64,000 bases of DNA. Source: an uncultured Candidatus Poseidoniales archaeon (GTDB lineage Archaea; Thermoplasmatota; Poseidoniia; Poseidoniales; Poseidoniaceae). The stretch spans positions 9,911-73,910 of the forward strand of contig CACEWA010000005.1 in the NCBI GenBank assembly GCA_902563095.1. Direction: 5' to 3'. Numbering within the stretch: position 1 is the stretch's first letter; every line of letters starts with the position of its first letter. The notes beneath the pieces were generated by a model that ran no database searches, was not told the origin of the DNA, and saw only the letters and a program-made list of their open reading frames with translations. This document shows, in pieces, positions 26,826-35,369 of this stretch. A program made the position numbers and the translations under genes.

Positions 26826-27829
26826 GCGGACTTGGTTGTAGTAATAATCGCTGCAGCAATCTTGTACGGGTCTCCGTTTGATGCTGGCCTACGATCTTCC
26901 AGTCTTCCAACCCAGCCGTCATCTTTGGTTGTAACAGGGATTCTTATCGATGCCCCTCTGTCAGAAACTCCGAATGAGAATTCATGGATAGATTGGGTTT
27001 CGTGAAGGCCTGTTAAGCGTTGATCGTTGTGTGCACCATAGACATCGATGTGTTTCTTGATGTTCCTTCCGAACGCCTCACAGATTTTTGTCATCAATTC
27101 TTCACCGCCTTCTTCTCGCATTCTTGTATCGGAGAAGTTAGCATGCATTCCACTACCGTTCCAATCGGTTGCCCCGAGTGGTTTAGGGTGCCATTCGATA
27201 TGCAATCCATACTTCTCTGCATTGCGCTCGGCTATGTAACGGGAGACCCAAATTTGGTCTCCTGCGTCCTTTGCTCCTTTTGCGAAAATCTGGTATTCCC
27301 ATTGGCCGCAAGCAACTTCAGCGTTGATTCCTTCAACGTTAAGTCCTGCTTCAAGACATTGGTCTAAGTGGTCTTCAATACAATCTCTACCGTATGCGTT
27401 CTTTGCACCTACGGAGCAATAAAATTGACCTTGTGGGGTCTGGTCTCTAGGGAAGCCAAAAGGCAAGTTGGTTTCAGGATCCCATAAGAAATATTCTTGC
27501 TCAAAACCAAACCAAAAATCATCATCGTCTTCTTCAATAGTTGCCCGTCCATTAGTCGGGTGCGGAGTTCCATCAGCATTCAATACTTCACACATTACCA
27601 AGTAACCCGAGTTTCGGTCGGGGTCGGGATAAATAGCTACAGGTTTTAGTACACAGTCAGAAGAACTTCCGTCTGCCTGGTTTGTTGAGGACCCGTCGAA
27701 ATTCCATAGTGGACACTCGTCTAAGGTGCCTCCAAAATCTCTCCTTACCATTGTCTTACTTCTCATGCTCTGTGTTGGCTCTTTTCCATCAAGCCAGATA
27801 TACTCTAGTTTTGCCCACATGGGTATCAA
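26819..27829 (-). CDS. glnII: glutamine synthetase, type II (eukaryote/bacterial GSII type)
   Basis: KLEYIWLDG, FGFEQEYFL, NAEVACGQWEYQI, KPLGATDWNGSGMHANFS, and RLTGLHETQSIHEFSFGVSDRGASIRIP are the hallmark GSII motifs. Size is 336 aa. Confidence 0.8.
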   Translation of the reverse strand: MIPMWAKLEYIWLDGKEPTQSMRSKTMVRRDFGGTLDECPLWNFDGSSTNQADGSSSDCVLKPVAIYPDPDRNSGYLVMCEVLNADGTPHPTNGRATIEEDDDDFWFGFEQEYFLWDPETNLPFGFPRDQTPQGQFYCSVGAKNAYGRDCIEDHLDQCLEAGLNVEGINAEVACGQWEYQIFAKGAKDAGDQIWVSRYIAERNAEKYGLHIEWHPKPLGATDWNGSGMHANFSDTRMREEGGEELMTKICEAFGRNIKKHIDVYGAHNDQRLTGLHETQSIHEFSFGVSDRGASIRIPVTTKDDGWVGRLEDRRPASNGDPYKIAAAIITTTKSAY

Positions 27830-27963
27830 AACGCCCGTTATGAGTACGGTATATTATACAATCGCTCATATTTTACTATGTTTTTCGTATCAAATTTCCA
27901 TCCTTTTACTAGAATTTTGTGTATTTGGGCAATTAAGTGGTTGTGAGTGCCGCGGTTGATTAT

Positions 27964-28001
27964 TCAAATGCGCGCGCTAATCGCGCGTGATTGGAAATTT
28001 G
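27964..28001. promoter_or_regulatory. nested imperfect palindrome (TTCAAAT-GCGCGCG-CTAAT-CGCGCGT-...-ATTTGAA) between the GSII start and the S15 peptidase stop
   Basis: Seen directly. A GC-rich inner hairpin is flanked by AT-rich outer inverted arms. It could be the terminator of 28018..29808 and/or an operator for glnII. Confidence 0.3.
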
Positions 28002-28017
28002 AACAACTGTGAAATTT

Positions 28018-29808
28018 TCAGTTGTTAGCGGCTTCTTCACTCTGCGGAGTTACGAAAACTGTGGTCCCGTCACGATCGATATGAGGGACGGAGAATGTTC
28101 CTCCATTAACTGAGACCGGGCATGAGTTACCACATGCTGGAGCAAGGTAGTCTTCACCTGTTTCTGTAAGTACTAGCTTTATTCCGTGGCCTGCAGGTAA
28201 TATTACGTCCAGCGCTTGGAATTCCATCAGCATAACCAAGTTTTGGCCAGGGAAGACTGTTTGAGGGTCGTATCCTCCCGCGTGGTAGCGAATATCCATT
28301 GTAGCATGGCCCAGCCTTAGGCCGGTTTCAGCATCCTGCAATTCTGCGAAAATTTGCCCGCCATCAAACGATGCTGTTACATCTAAATGTAGAGTTGGCA
28401 AACCGGCGATGTGCATCTCTTGTTCAAATCCAGCACACGTGATTGTTACCGATTGAGTTCCTCCCCCAATAACTGATGTGCCTCCAACATTGCTTCCTTG
28501 CTGGTCACAAGTAGAGAGATCGATTGATTCCCATACAGCATCTTGCGGCGGCCATAATTCTTCTATTCTCCACTGGCCATCGTTCCTCTGGATTTGAGCG
28601 TGGTTGTCCGGTTTTGGACCTACTCCTTTGAGATAATATTCGAACCATTCAAACAAATCTTGTCCCCAATCCCACCGGGTCATGTTGTGAATTGCTTCGC
28701 CCCCATATCCTGAATCCTGGTTGTTGTGTTTTGTCCACTGGTCTGGGTAATTATGCTCCCATTGGCCAAGCATCCCTCTAACATCATATCCTGCTGCTGA
28801 ATAATCGAGATACCAATTTACTCCACTAGGTCCACCGAATACTTGGTGGGGGTCAACATTCCAATCTTGCATGCCTTGAATCCAATAGATTGACCCATTC
28901 CAGTTTTGGAATGCTTTGTCGATATGGCTTCTTTCTTCGTAGTAGTTTTCCATGTAAGGATCCAGCTCTCCCAAACCATAAGTCACCGGTCCAGCAAAAA
29001 TCCCTTCAATGATGTCAGGGCATATGTTATCCAAATCATCACCGTTGTAATCTACAGTGCTGCCAAAATAATTCATATGCATTACTTGGCTTCTAGCCTC
29101 TGCACTACCGTTCTTGTACAGCAAGGGGTGCAATGCAGTAGTTCCTGAAATTGGCACTATTGTTTTCAGATGATCGCTGGCAAGTGCTGCTGCTTCCCAT
29201 TGAGTTGCCCCCTCGTATGATTTGCCATACAGCCCTACATTTCCATTCGACCAGTTTTGTTGACCTAGCCATTCAACTGCATGATGAATACCTAGGCCTT
29301 CTCCTGCTCCGCGATAATCAAAACAGCCGCTAGATTCCTCTGTTCCGAATACTGAAACTTGAGCTAATGCATATCCGTGTGGAACGAAATTATCGAAGAT
29401 AAATTCACCACGCCCAGCAGCAACAACGTTTGTTGCTCCTGATTCAGAACCGGGCTGGCCATATGAGTAATACGGGCTAACGATTGCGATTACTGGAACT
29501 TTTTCGCCTTCCAATGTATTCGAAGGTAGCCAATAAGAAAGGTGTACGTTGGAGGTCGGCGGGCCGGTTTCCCAAATGTCTGAAGTATCTACTTCAATCA
29601 TGGCCTCTTGAACATCGAGTGCTGTATGCGGCCCTTGTTCGAGGACCATTGCATAAGTCCCATTCCACTCCCAATCGAGATATTGCCTCTCAGAAATATC
29701 GGGGTAATACGACTCAGTTTCCTGTTTTTCGATGATTTCTTCATCGCCAAAACAGCCTGCAAGTGGCCCGATTAAGACCAAAGCGCATAGCAATATGGCG
29801 ATTCGCAT
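28018..29808 (-). CDS. secreted CocE/NonD family hydrolase (S15 X-Pro dipeptidyl-peptidase-like serine peptidase)
   Basis: GLYGKSYEG is the G-x-S-Y-x-G nucleophile motif of the S15/CocE family. The N-terminus MMRIAILLCALVLIGPLAGCFGDEE is a signal peptide with a lipobox-like LAGC. The track ORF extends to 29901; the start is placed at 29808 to avoid overlap with the divergent neighbour. Confidence 0.6.
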   Translation of the reverse strand: MRIAILLCALVLIGPLAGCFGDEEIIEKQETESYYPDISERQYLDWEWNGTYAMVLEQGPHTALDVQEAMIEVDTSDIWETGPPTSNVHLSYWLPSNTLEGEKVPVIAIVSPYYSYGQPGSESGATNVVAAGRGEFIFDNFVPHGYALAQVSVFGTEESSGCFDYRGAGEGLGIHHAVEWLGQQNWSNGNVGLYGKSYEGATQWEAAALASDHLKTIVPISGTTALHPLLYKNGSAEARSQVMHMNYFGSTVDYNGDDLDNICPDIIEGIFAGPVTYGLGELDPYMENYYEERSHIDKAFQNWNGSIYWIQGMQDWNVDPHQVFGGPSGVNWYLDYSAAGYDVRGMLGQWEHNYPDQWTKHNNQDSGYGGEAIHNMTRWDWGQDLFEWFEYYLKGVGPKPDNHAQIQRNDGQWRIEELWPPQDAVWESIDLSTCDQQGSNVGGTSVIGGGTQSVTITCAGFEQEMHIAGLPTLHLDVTASFDGGQIFAELQDAETGLRLGHATMDIRYHAGGYDPQTVFPGQNLVMLMEFQALDVILPAGHGIKLVLTETGEDYLAPACGNSCPVSVNGGTFSVPHIDRDGTTVFVTPQSEEAANN

Positions 29809-29866
29809 CATTGGGTGCGTAGCACCCATGCGGCAAGAAGATGACCCTGTAATGTATGGGTCGTTT

Positions 29867-30832
29867 ATGCCCGTCCTAGTTACTGGAGCTAGTGGATTCA
29901 TCGGAGCCCACGTAGTATGTGAATTATTGTCGAGGGGTTATTCGGTTAGAGTAATGTTACGCAACCCATCTCTGGCTAAAATGCTGCCAGAAAATGAAAA
30001 ATTAGAGATAGTTCAAGCAGATCTTTTCGATGTTGAGTCGCTAAGAAAAGCCATAGAAGGGTGTGATGATGTTATTCATTGTGCTGCGTCACTATATGTG
30101 GGCGCGAAGGATGTCAAAAGAGACGTTGTTGATCCTTCTGTTGTTGGGGTTAGAAATCTATGTAGTGTAATGGGAGGCGTCAAGAGAATTATTCACACTT
30201 CATCGGTTGCTGCAATCCGTGCAACTAAATTCGAAAATGGCAAGATTTTCTCGAACAAAGATTGGTGTGAAGATGCTTCTGAGGCGTCTAATGCTTATGG
30301 TTTTGCCAAAGCAGAGGGTGAGCGTATCATGCGTGCGTGGGCAAAAGACAGAGATGTTCGTTTAGTAACTATACATCCTTCAATAGTTTTCGGCCCAGTT
30401 TTACATGAAAGACACATTGAAGGTTCTATGTCATATCTGAAGCATTTTGTAAGGGGTCCGCCGTTTGTTCTTGATGTTCACATCAATTTTGTAGATGTTA
30501 GAGATGTTGCCATTGCCCATGTGAATGCTTTAGATAGAGGTGAAAATGGCCACAGATATATCATTCACAAGAAAGGGTTGTGGATGAAAGAAATTGGAGA
30601 AATTTTGAATTCCTCCTTAGAAGGAAAATTTGCAACCCGAAAATTACCGAAATTATTTGCTTATTTATTGGCAGTATTCCATCCAAAATTATCTGTTAAT
30701 CAGTTAAAGAAAGCCCTAGGAACCCATGTTGGTTATGAGGTAGGAGATTCTTTCGAGGTACTCCAATTGCCAAATTATGATATCGAAGCAACCTTAGTCG
30801 ATTCTGTAAACTCCATCAAGGCGCAAGATTGA
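29867..30832 (+). CDS. NAD-dependent epimerase/dehydratase family protein (extended SDR, cinnamoyl-CoA/dihydroflavonol reductase-like)
   Basis: MPVLVTGASGFIGAHVV glycine-rich motif, plus the catalytic Y..xK (NAYGFAKAEGE). The track start is at 29732; the start is placed at the Met preceding the Rossmann motif. Confidence 0.7.
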   Translation: MPVLVTGASGFIGAHVVCELLSRGYSVRVMLRNPSLAKMLPENEKLEIVQADLFDVESLRKAIEGCDDVIHCAASLYVGAKDVKRDVVDPSVVGVRNLCSVMGGVKRIIHTSSVAAIRATKFENGKIFSNKDWCEDASEASNAYGFAKAEGERIMRAWAKDRDVRLVTIHPSIVFGPVLHERHIEGSMSYLKHFVRGPPFVLDVHINFVDVRDVAIAHVNALDRGENGHRYIIHKKGLWMKEIGEILNSSLEGKFATRKLPKLFAYLLAVFHPKLSVNQLKKALGTHVGYEVGDSFEVLQLPNYDIEATLVDSVNSIKAQD

Positions 30833-31656
30833 CACGCATCCTCACGATGCCCTATGTAATGGCGAGCGGAGTGTGGGGCGAGCGTTGGTCAAATTCAACA
30901 TCCGATATTGCTCGTAAATATATGGAGGTTGCAACCCGCAAACAGTCCCTTGTGTGTTTGGCAGCAGACCGTAATACAATGGCTGGTTTGTTTGACTTGA
31001 TTGAAGAGGTTGGCCCTTATATTGCTGCATTGAAAACTCATGTTGACTTGGTTGACGATTGGACTTCAGATTCTTGGTCTGAATTTTGTAAAGCCGCAGA
31101 AGATGCTGATTTGCTAATATTCGAGGATAGGAAATTTGCAGATATTGGTAAAATTAGCCGTTCGCAAATGGCTGGAATTTACGACATTCGTTCATGGGCA
31201 GATCTAGTAACTTCACACCTGATTAGTGGCCCCGATGTTGTTGATGGATTACAATCTGGATGGGGCGATGTTGGCCGTAAAGGAGGGGTTTTACTATTAG
31301 CGCAAATGTCCAGTCGTGGAAACTTATTGGGCCCAGAATATACTGATGAAGTAGTAGCTAAAGGTCGTGAACACCCCGGTGTCTTCGGATTCATTGGTAA
31401 CGGTTCAAGGCCTGAAGAATTGAAGCAGTTGCGCAAAAAGGTTGGTGTCGAAAAAATGATTTGGACGCCCGGTGTAAATCTTTCAGTTGGTGATGGTGAA
31501 ATGGGACAAAGATATGGCGACCCTAGAGAAGCTGTTTTGGCAGGGTCGGATTGTATAATCGTGGGCAGTGGAATACACCGGGCGAACAATCCTGCTGGTG
31601 CTGCTAAAGAATACGCTTCTTCCTCATGGAATGCATTGGTTGAGAGAGAGTCATGA
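30829..31656 (+). CDS. pyrF: orotidine 5'-phosphate decarboxylase
   Basis: LVCLAADRNT...LKTHVDLV and FEDRKFADIGKISRSQ match the OMP decarboxylase active-site motifs (D.K..DIG.T). Confidence 0.7.
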   Translation: MTRILTMPYVMASGVWGERWSNSTSDIARKYMEVATRKQSLVCLAADRNTMAGLFDLIEEVGPYIAALKTHVDLVDDWTSDSWSEFCKAAEDADLLIFEDRKFADIGKISRSQMAGIYDIRSWADLVTSHLISGPDVVDGLQSGWGDVGRKGGVLLLAQMSSRGNLLGPEYTDEVVAKGREHPGVFGFIGNGSRPEELKQLRKKVGVEKMIWTPGVNLSVGDGEMGQRYGDPREAVLAGSDCIIVGSGIHRANNPAGAAKEYASSSWNALVERES

Positions 31657-31997
31657 GTTCTGTAGTAGCCGCTATTGTTGGAATACCAATTATGATTGGT
31701 ATTGGGTGGCTAGTATGGTATGTCTGGAATAATAACCGGCTTTTGGATAAAAAATTGGCTAGTGGTGATTTAGAATTACTAGATTCAACTAGTTACAAAG
31801 TTACCGAAGTGATTCGCGCTCCCGCTGGAAGTAGAGTAGAAAAAATCGCACTTCAACCAATGGCTGTAGATATGTCGGGTTATGTTCGAAAAGCATTGCC
31901 TGATGGAAGAATTGCATTAGTCCCGATTGCTGTAAATCAAGAAATCAAATCAGTCCATTCGTCCATGCATACCAACCAGCAGCCCCCAAGCCAGTGA
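31653..31997 (+). CDS. hypothetical single-pass membrane protein (114 aa)
   Basis: N-terminal TM helix AAIVGIPIMIGIGWLVWYVW. It overlaps the 3' end of the minus-strand gene by about 50 nt, so its coding status is uncertain. Confidence 0.35.
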   Translation: MSSVVAAIVGIPIMIGIGWLVWYVWNNNRLLDKKLASGDLELLDSTSYKVTEVIRAPAGSRVEKIALQPMAVDMSGYVRKALPDGRIALVPIAVNQEIKSVHSSMHTNQQPPSQ

Positions 31998-32616
31998 AAA
32001 TCACAAGAACGAATAGTAGGCGTTTTGCTTTACTAGATTTCTTCTTTGGTTGCACTGTTTCTTCTATTGGAAGGGGATTAATTGGCAAAGGTAGTGGTGC
32101 AGGAATAGGCATTGGCCCTTCATCCTCCTCAACCTCAATCATCTCTTCAACTGGATGAATTATATCTAAATCTTCTAAACCTGGGGCTTCAGGAATTGGA
32201 CCTAATACTAAATCCCAAATCGAATCTATTGCAGATGCTGTTATTGGTTTCTCAACCCAGCCTATAGCTCCAGCAGAATGAGTTGCGTCTTGGGCTAGTT
32301 CAGCCTGCCTTTTAGGAGCGGAGAATAATATTCGGCAATCTTTACCATGCTCTCTCATTTCAAGTGCCGCTAAATGGCCATCCATAGAAGGAATATCTAG
32401 TGCTAAAACAACTAATTCTGGATCTAGGCGAATATACTCGTCCACTGCTTTATCACCATCATCACATGTTACAACATTAAATTCTCTCTGGCGGAAAATG
32501 TTGGTTAATCTATGTAATGACATTTGGTTGTTGTCAACAAGAAGCACGGTAGGCGCTTCTTCGTCTTCGACATCGGTGACTCTAACCATGGCTAACAGGT
32601 ATGTGATTAACTTCAC
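31945..32616 (-). CDS. response-regulator receiver (REC) domain protein with Pro-rich linker and C-terminal transmembrane anchor
   Basis: The REC fold is recognisable: LLVDNN, phospho-acceptor-like LVVLALDIPSMDG, S/T in ILFSAP, and K in VEKP. It is followed by PIPAPLPLPINPLP and the C-terminal helix LLFVLVIFTGLGAAGWYAW. Confidence 0.6.
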   Translation of the reverse strand: MKLITYLLAMVRVTDVEDEEAPTVLLVDNNQMSLHRLTNIFRQREFNVVTCDDGDKAVDEYIRLDPELVVLALDIPSMDGHLAALEMREHGKDCRILFSAPKRQAELAQDATHSAGAIGWVEKPITASAIDSIWDLVLGPIPEAPGLEDLDIIHPVEEMIEVEEDEGPMPIPAPLPLPINPLPIEETVQPKKKSSKAKRLLFVLVIFTGLGAAGWYAWTNGLI

Positions 32617-32652
32617 ACTGATGAATCAACCGCTCAAATTAGTCGAAAGAAG

Positions 32653-33024
32653 TCATTCTTCTTCATCAGTAATGATTTCCGAGGGTGCGTCCTGAGGATT
32701 TGTGAATGTTTCGCGGATTGCTTCAGATTCTGCCACCTGATCTTCTAGAGCCCTCTGTCTTGCAGGCGCTTTGACAAACTGAAGTTGTAATTCAGAAATT
32801 ATCCCATTTAGCATAGTGCTTTCTTTAGTAGTAAGATTGCCGTCCATCTTTGTTTTAAGCATTGATAGGGTGTCTATGGCTGCTTTAGTTTCGCTCAAAT
32901 TGTAGTGGACTCTTCCTTCACTATCCTGCATTAATCCCATGTGCATCATGGCGCTTCTTTGCAACATGTGCACTAATTGAAATAGATGTGCGCTATTCTC
33001 ATCATCGAAGAATTCTTGTGCCAA
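32653..33024 (-). CDS. hypothetical acidic protein (123 aa)
   Basis: ORF between ftsY and the REC-TM gene, same strand and tightly spaced. I am not confident of any family. Confidence 0.45.
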   Translation of the reverse strand: MAQEFFDDENSAHLFQLVHMLQRSAMMHMGLMQDSEGRVHYNLSETKAAIDTLSMLKTKMDGNLTTKESTMLNGIISELQLQFVKAPARQRALEDQVAESEAIRETFTNPQDAPSEIITDEEE

Positions 33025-33033
33025 AATATCACC

Positions 33034-34446
33034 TCACTCGAATAATTGTTCTAGAAGCCAGTCTGGGTCGAATTGCATCAAATCGTCATACTCTTGGCCA
33101 ACGCCGCACAACACAATTGGTTGACCTGTAGCATGGGCGATTGAAAGACCCGCTCCTCCTTTGGCATCAGTGTCTAATTTTGTTAAAACAGCGCCATCGA
33201 ATTTCAGCATCTCTTGGAAATTCCTAGCTTGATCTACAGCATCATTTCCAGCCAATGCATCGCCAACGAATAATGTGAGATGTGGGTTCGCTACACGCCT
33301 AACCTTTTCCAATTCTGCCATTAGATTGGATTTGTTTTGCATTCTTCCTGCTGTATCGACCAAGACTACGTCTATGTCTTTGGCCCTAGCCGATTCTACT
33401 GCATCTCTGGTAATAGCGGCGGAATCTCCTCCGCGCTGCGATGAAATACAACGGATATTGAGTCGGCCACAATGAGTTTCTAATTGTTCGATTGCCCCTG
33501 CTCTGAAGGTGTCTCCTGCTGCTGCGATAACCGATATACCGCGTTGCTGTAAATTGTGGGCAACTTTGGCTACGGTTGTGGTTTTCCCAGTACCATTTAC
33601 CCCAACAAACATGATTACAACAGGGGTGTCCTTTTTGTCGATAAAACTTCGAATTGAAGCATAAAAATCCCAATAGCCGGCTTTCAAAATCCCCCTCAAA
33701 GCGCGTTTTAGGCTGGCTTCGAGTACTTTAGCCAAATCTGCACCTTTGCGTAATCTTTGTCCGATTAAATTTCGTTTGAGAGCCTCCATAACAGCAGTAA
33801 CTGCGTCTGAAGAAATGTCTGATTCAAGCATAATCCATTCAAGTTCTTCCATTAGATTGTTGAGTGCTTCGCTTTCTTTGATTACTCTACCGCCAGATTC
33901 AACAACCCCGCCACCTAAATCGATTGTTATTCCCTCGTCTTCAACAGATCCTATTCCGCCTATAGGTGCGGCTTTTACTTCGACTAATTGGCGGCCGGTT
34001 GTGGTGCGCATCATGTGTAAATCAACCTTTGAGCCAGCTAGCCTTTCGACTGCTTTTGCGCCGCGTTTTTTCATTTCTTTTTCACTGGCTTTCTTTCTTG
34101 AAGCTTCTTTTTTTGCCTCTTTGGCAAGGATTTTCTTTTCCTTACGAGTTAATTTGGTTGGGAGAGTATATTCTTCATCTTCTTCCCAATCATCCCACTC
34201 ATCATCGTTGTTTGAAGGGAGTTCTAATTCCTCCTCTTCATCCAATTCTTCCCAGTCATCATCATCGTCCCCAAAATCTGGTTTTGTATTGTAAGCAGGA
34301 ACATGGGTCCTAATTTTTGAAAATTCTTCGTGTTGAGATATTGCATCTAATGCTTCCTCGCTGCCTTCGTCGGCAGATAACGAATCTGTGTCGACTTCAG
34401 ATGCAGCCTCTCGGACCTTTTTGCGGAATTTATCGAATAATCCCAT
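33034..34446 (-). CDS. ftsY: signal recognition particle receptor FtsY
   Basis: SRP-GTPase G1-G5 motifs (GVNGTGKTTT, DTFRAGA, DTAGR, TKLD). A long acidic N-terminal A domain is present. Confidence 0.85.
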   Translation of the reverse strand: MGLFDKFRKKVREAASEVDTDSLSADEGSEEALDAISQHEEFSKIRTHVPAYNTKPDFGDDDDDWEELDEEEELELPSNNDDEWDDWEEDEEYTLPTKLTRKEKKILAKEAKKEASRKKASEKEMKKRGAKAVERLAGSKVDLHMMRTTTGRQLVEVKAAPIGGIGSVEDEGITIDLGGGVVESGGRVIKESEALNNLMEELEWIMLESDISSDAVTAVMEALKRNLIGQRLRKGADLAKVLEASLKRALRGILKAGYWDFYASIRSFIDKKDTPVVIMFVGVNGTGKTTTVAKVAHNLQQRGISVIAAAGDTFRAGAIEQLETHCGRLNIRCISSQRGGDSAAITRDAVESARAKDIDVVLVDTAGRMQNKSNLMAELEKVRRVANPHLTLFVGDALAGNDAVDQARNFQEMLKFDGAVLTKLDTDAKGGAGLSIAHATGQPIVLCGVGQEYDDLMQFDPDWLLEQLFE

Positions 34447-34454
34447 GATATCAC

Positions 34455-34982
34455 CTAATCATCCAAAGTTAATTCTCCGCCAACTCCTCTCCTACGGCGA
34501 CGTGTAGATTTTTCTTCGGGCTTTTCGGCCACTTCTTCTTCTACTGGTTGTGATTGTGTCATCTCTTTTGCTGCTGATTCAAAAGCGGTAGCAAGTTCTT
34601 CGATTCGTTGTGTTAACATGGCCGCTTCGGCTTCGAATTGAGATTTTAGTTCGGTTAAATCCTCGAGTCTTTTACTTACCAATTCTTCAGCGCTTTCTGC
34701 GCTTCTTTCTCCGAAAACACCACTGCCTAAGTCTACTATTGTAGTGGCGCCCTTTGGAATAGGGACCATCACACCTGCGCCCAGAGGTATGTGTCCGTTT
34801 TTACCCTGGGACAATGAGTTGAGGGCCCTACGTGTGTCGTCGTGTTCTAATTGAACGGTTTCTATCCTCTCAATTTGTTGATTTATTTCCTCAAGACGTT
34901 GACGATTCATATCGACAAGGCGCGCCATTCTCTGAAGTTCACTAGAATCAATCATGGCGCTCAGCCCTTGGGAGAAGCCCAT
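34455..34982 (-). CDS. pfdA: prefoldin alpha subunit
   Basis: Two coiled-coil arms flank a central beta-hairpin region (GAGVMVPIPKGATTIVDLGSGV). The position between rplX and ftsY is the conserved archaeal arrangement. Confidence 0.7.
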   Translation of the reverse strand: MGFSQGLSAMIDSSELQRMARLVDMNRQRLEEINQQIERIETVQLEHDDTRRALNSLSQGKNGHIPLGAGVMVPIPKGATTIVDLGSGVFGERSAESAEELVSKRLEDLTELKSQFEAEAAMLTQRIEELATAFESAAKEMTQSQPVEEEVAEKPEEKSTRRRRRGVGGELTLDD

Positions 34983-35006
34983 CTATGATGAACCCGACGA
35001 TTAGTT

Positions 35007-35279
35007 TCACTCTTCTTCGCCAACTGGAGCGATTGGCCCGCCTGCTGCTGCAATTTGTTCTCTAAACGCATTGAGAACCATTGGCTCTGAAGATGTTCTT
35101 GGATCTATTTCAGATACAGAATCGATATTGATGGCTCTGCGGTTTACCTTATGTCGGGAACCAATTATAGAATAGCAACGATGTTCAGCATCGTCTGCAG
35201 AACTTGCTACAAGGTCCATGTTGAACTTCTGTCGTTGGCTACCAAATGGTGCTGTGCCGGATACGCGGAAGGCTTGCAT
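35007..35279 (-). CDS. rplX: 50S ribosomal protein LX (L18Ae/L20A family)
   Basis: The N-terminus MQAFRVSGTAPFGSQRQKFNMDLVASSADDAEHRCYSIIGSRHKVNRRAINIDSV fits the LX pattern (M..FRV.G.F..G...QKF..E..A.S...A.E...S..GS.H...R). The gene-order context rplX-pfdA-ftsY supports the call. Confidence 0.65.
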   Translation of the reverse strand: MQAFRVSGTAPFGSQRQKFNMDLVASSADDAEHRCYSIIGSRHKVNRRAINIDSVSEIDPRTSSEPMVLNAFREQIAAAGGPIAPVGEEE

Positions 35280-35369
35280 GTTTCCGCCGACCTGTGAATG
35301 CGTCTTAAACGCGCTGGCGCGACCCTTTGAGTCTAAATCTTCAACCGTAAAGGGGATTTCACGTGTTTT

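Noticed and set aside
31179-31589. 136-aa minus-strand ORF inside pyrF
   Set aside because: It is antisense to the OMP decarboxylase frame, which has active-site motifs.
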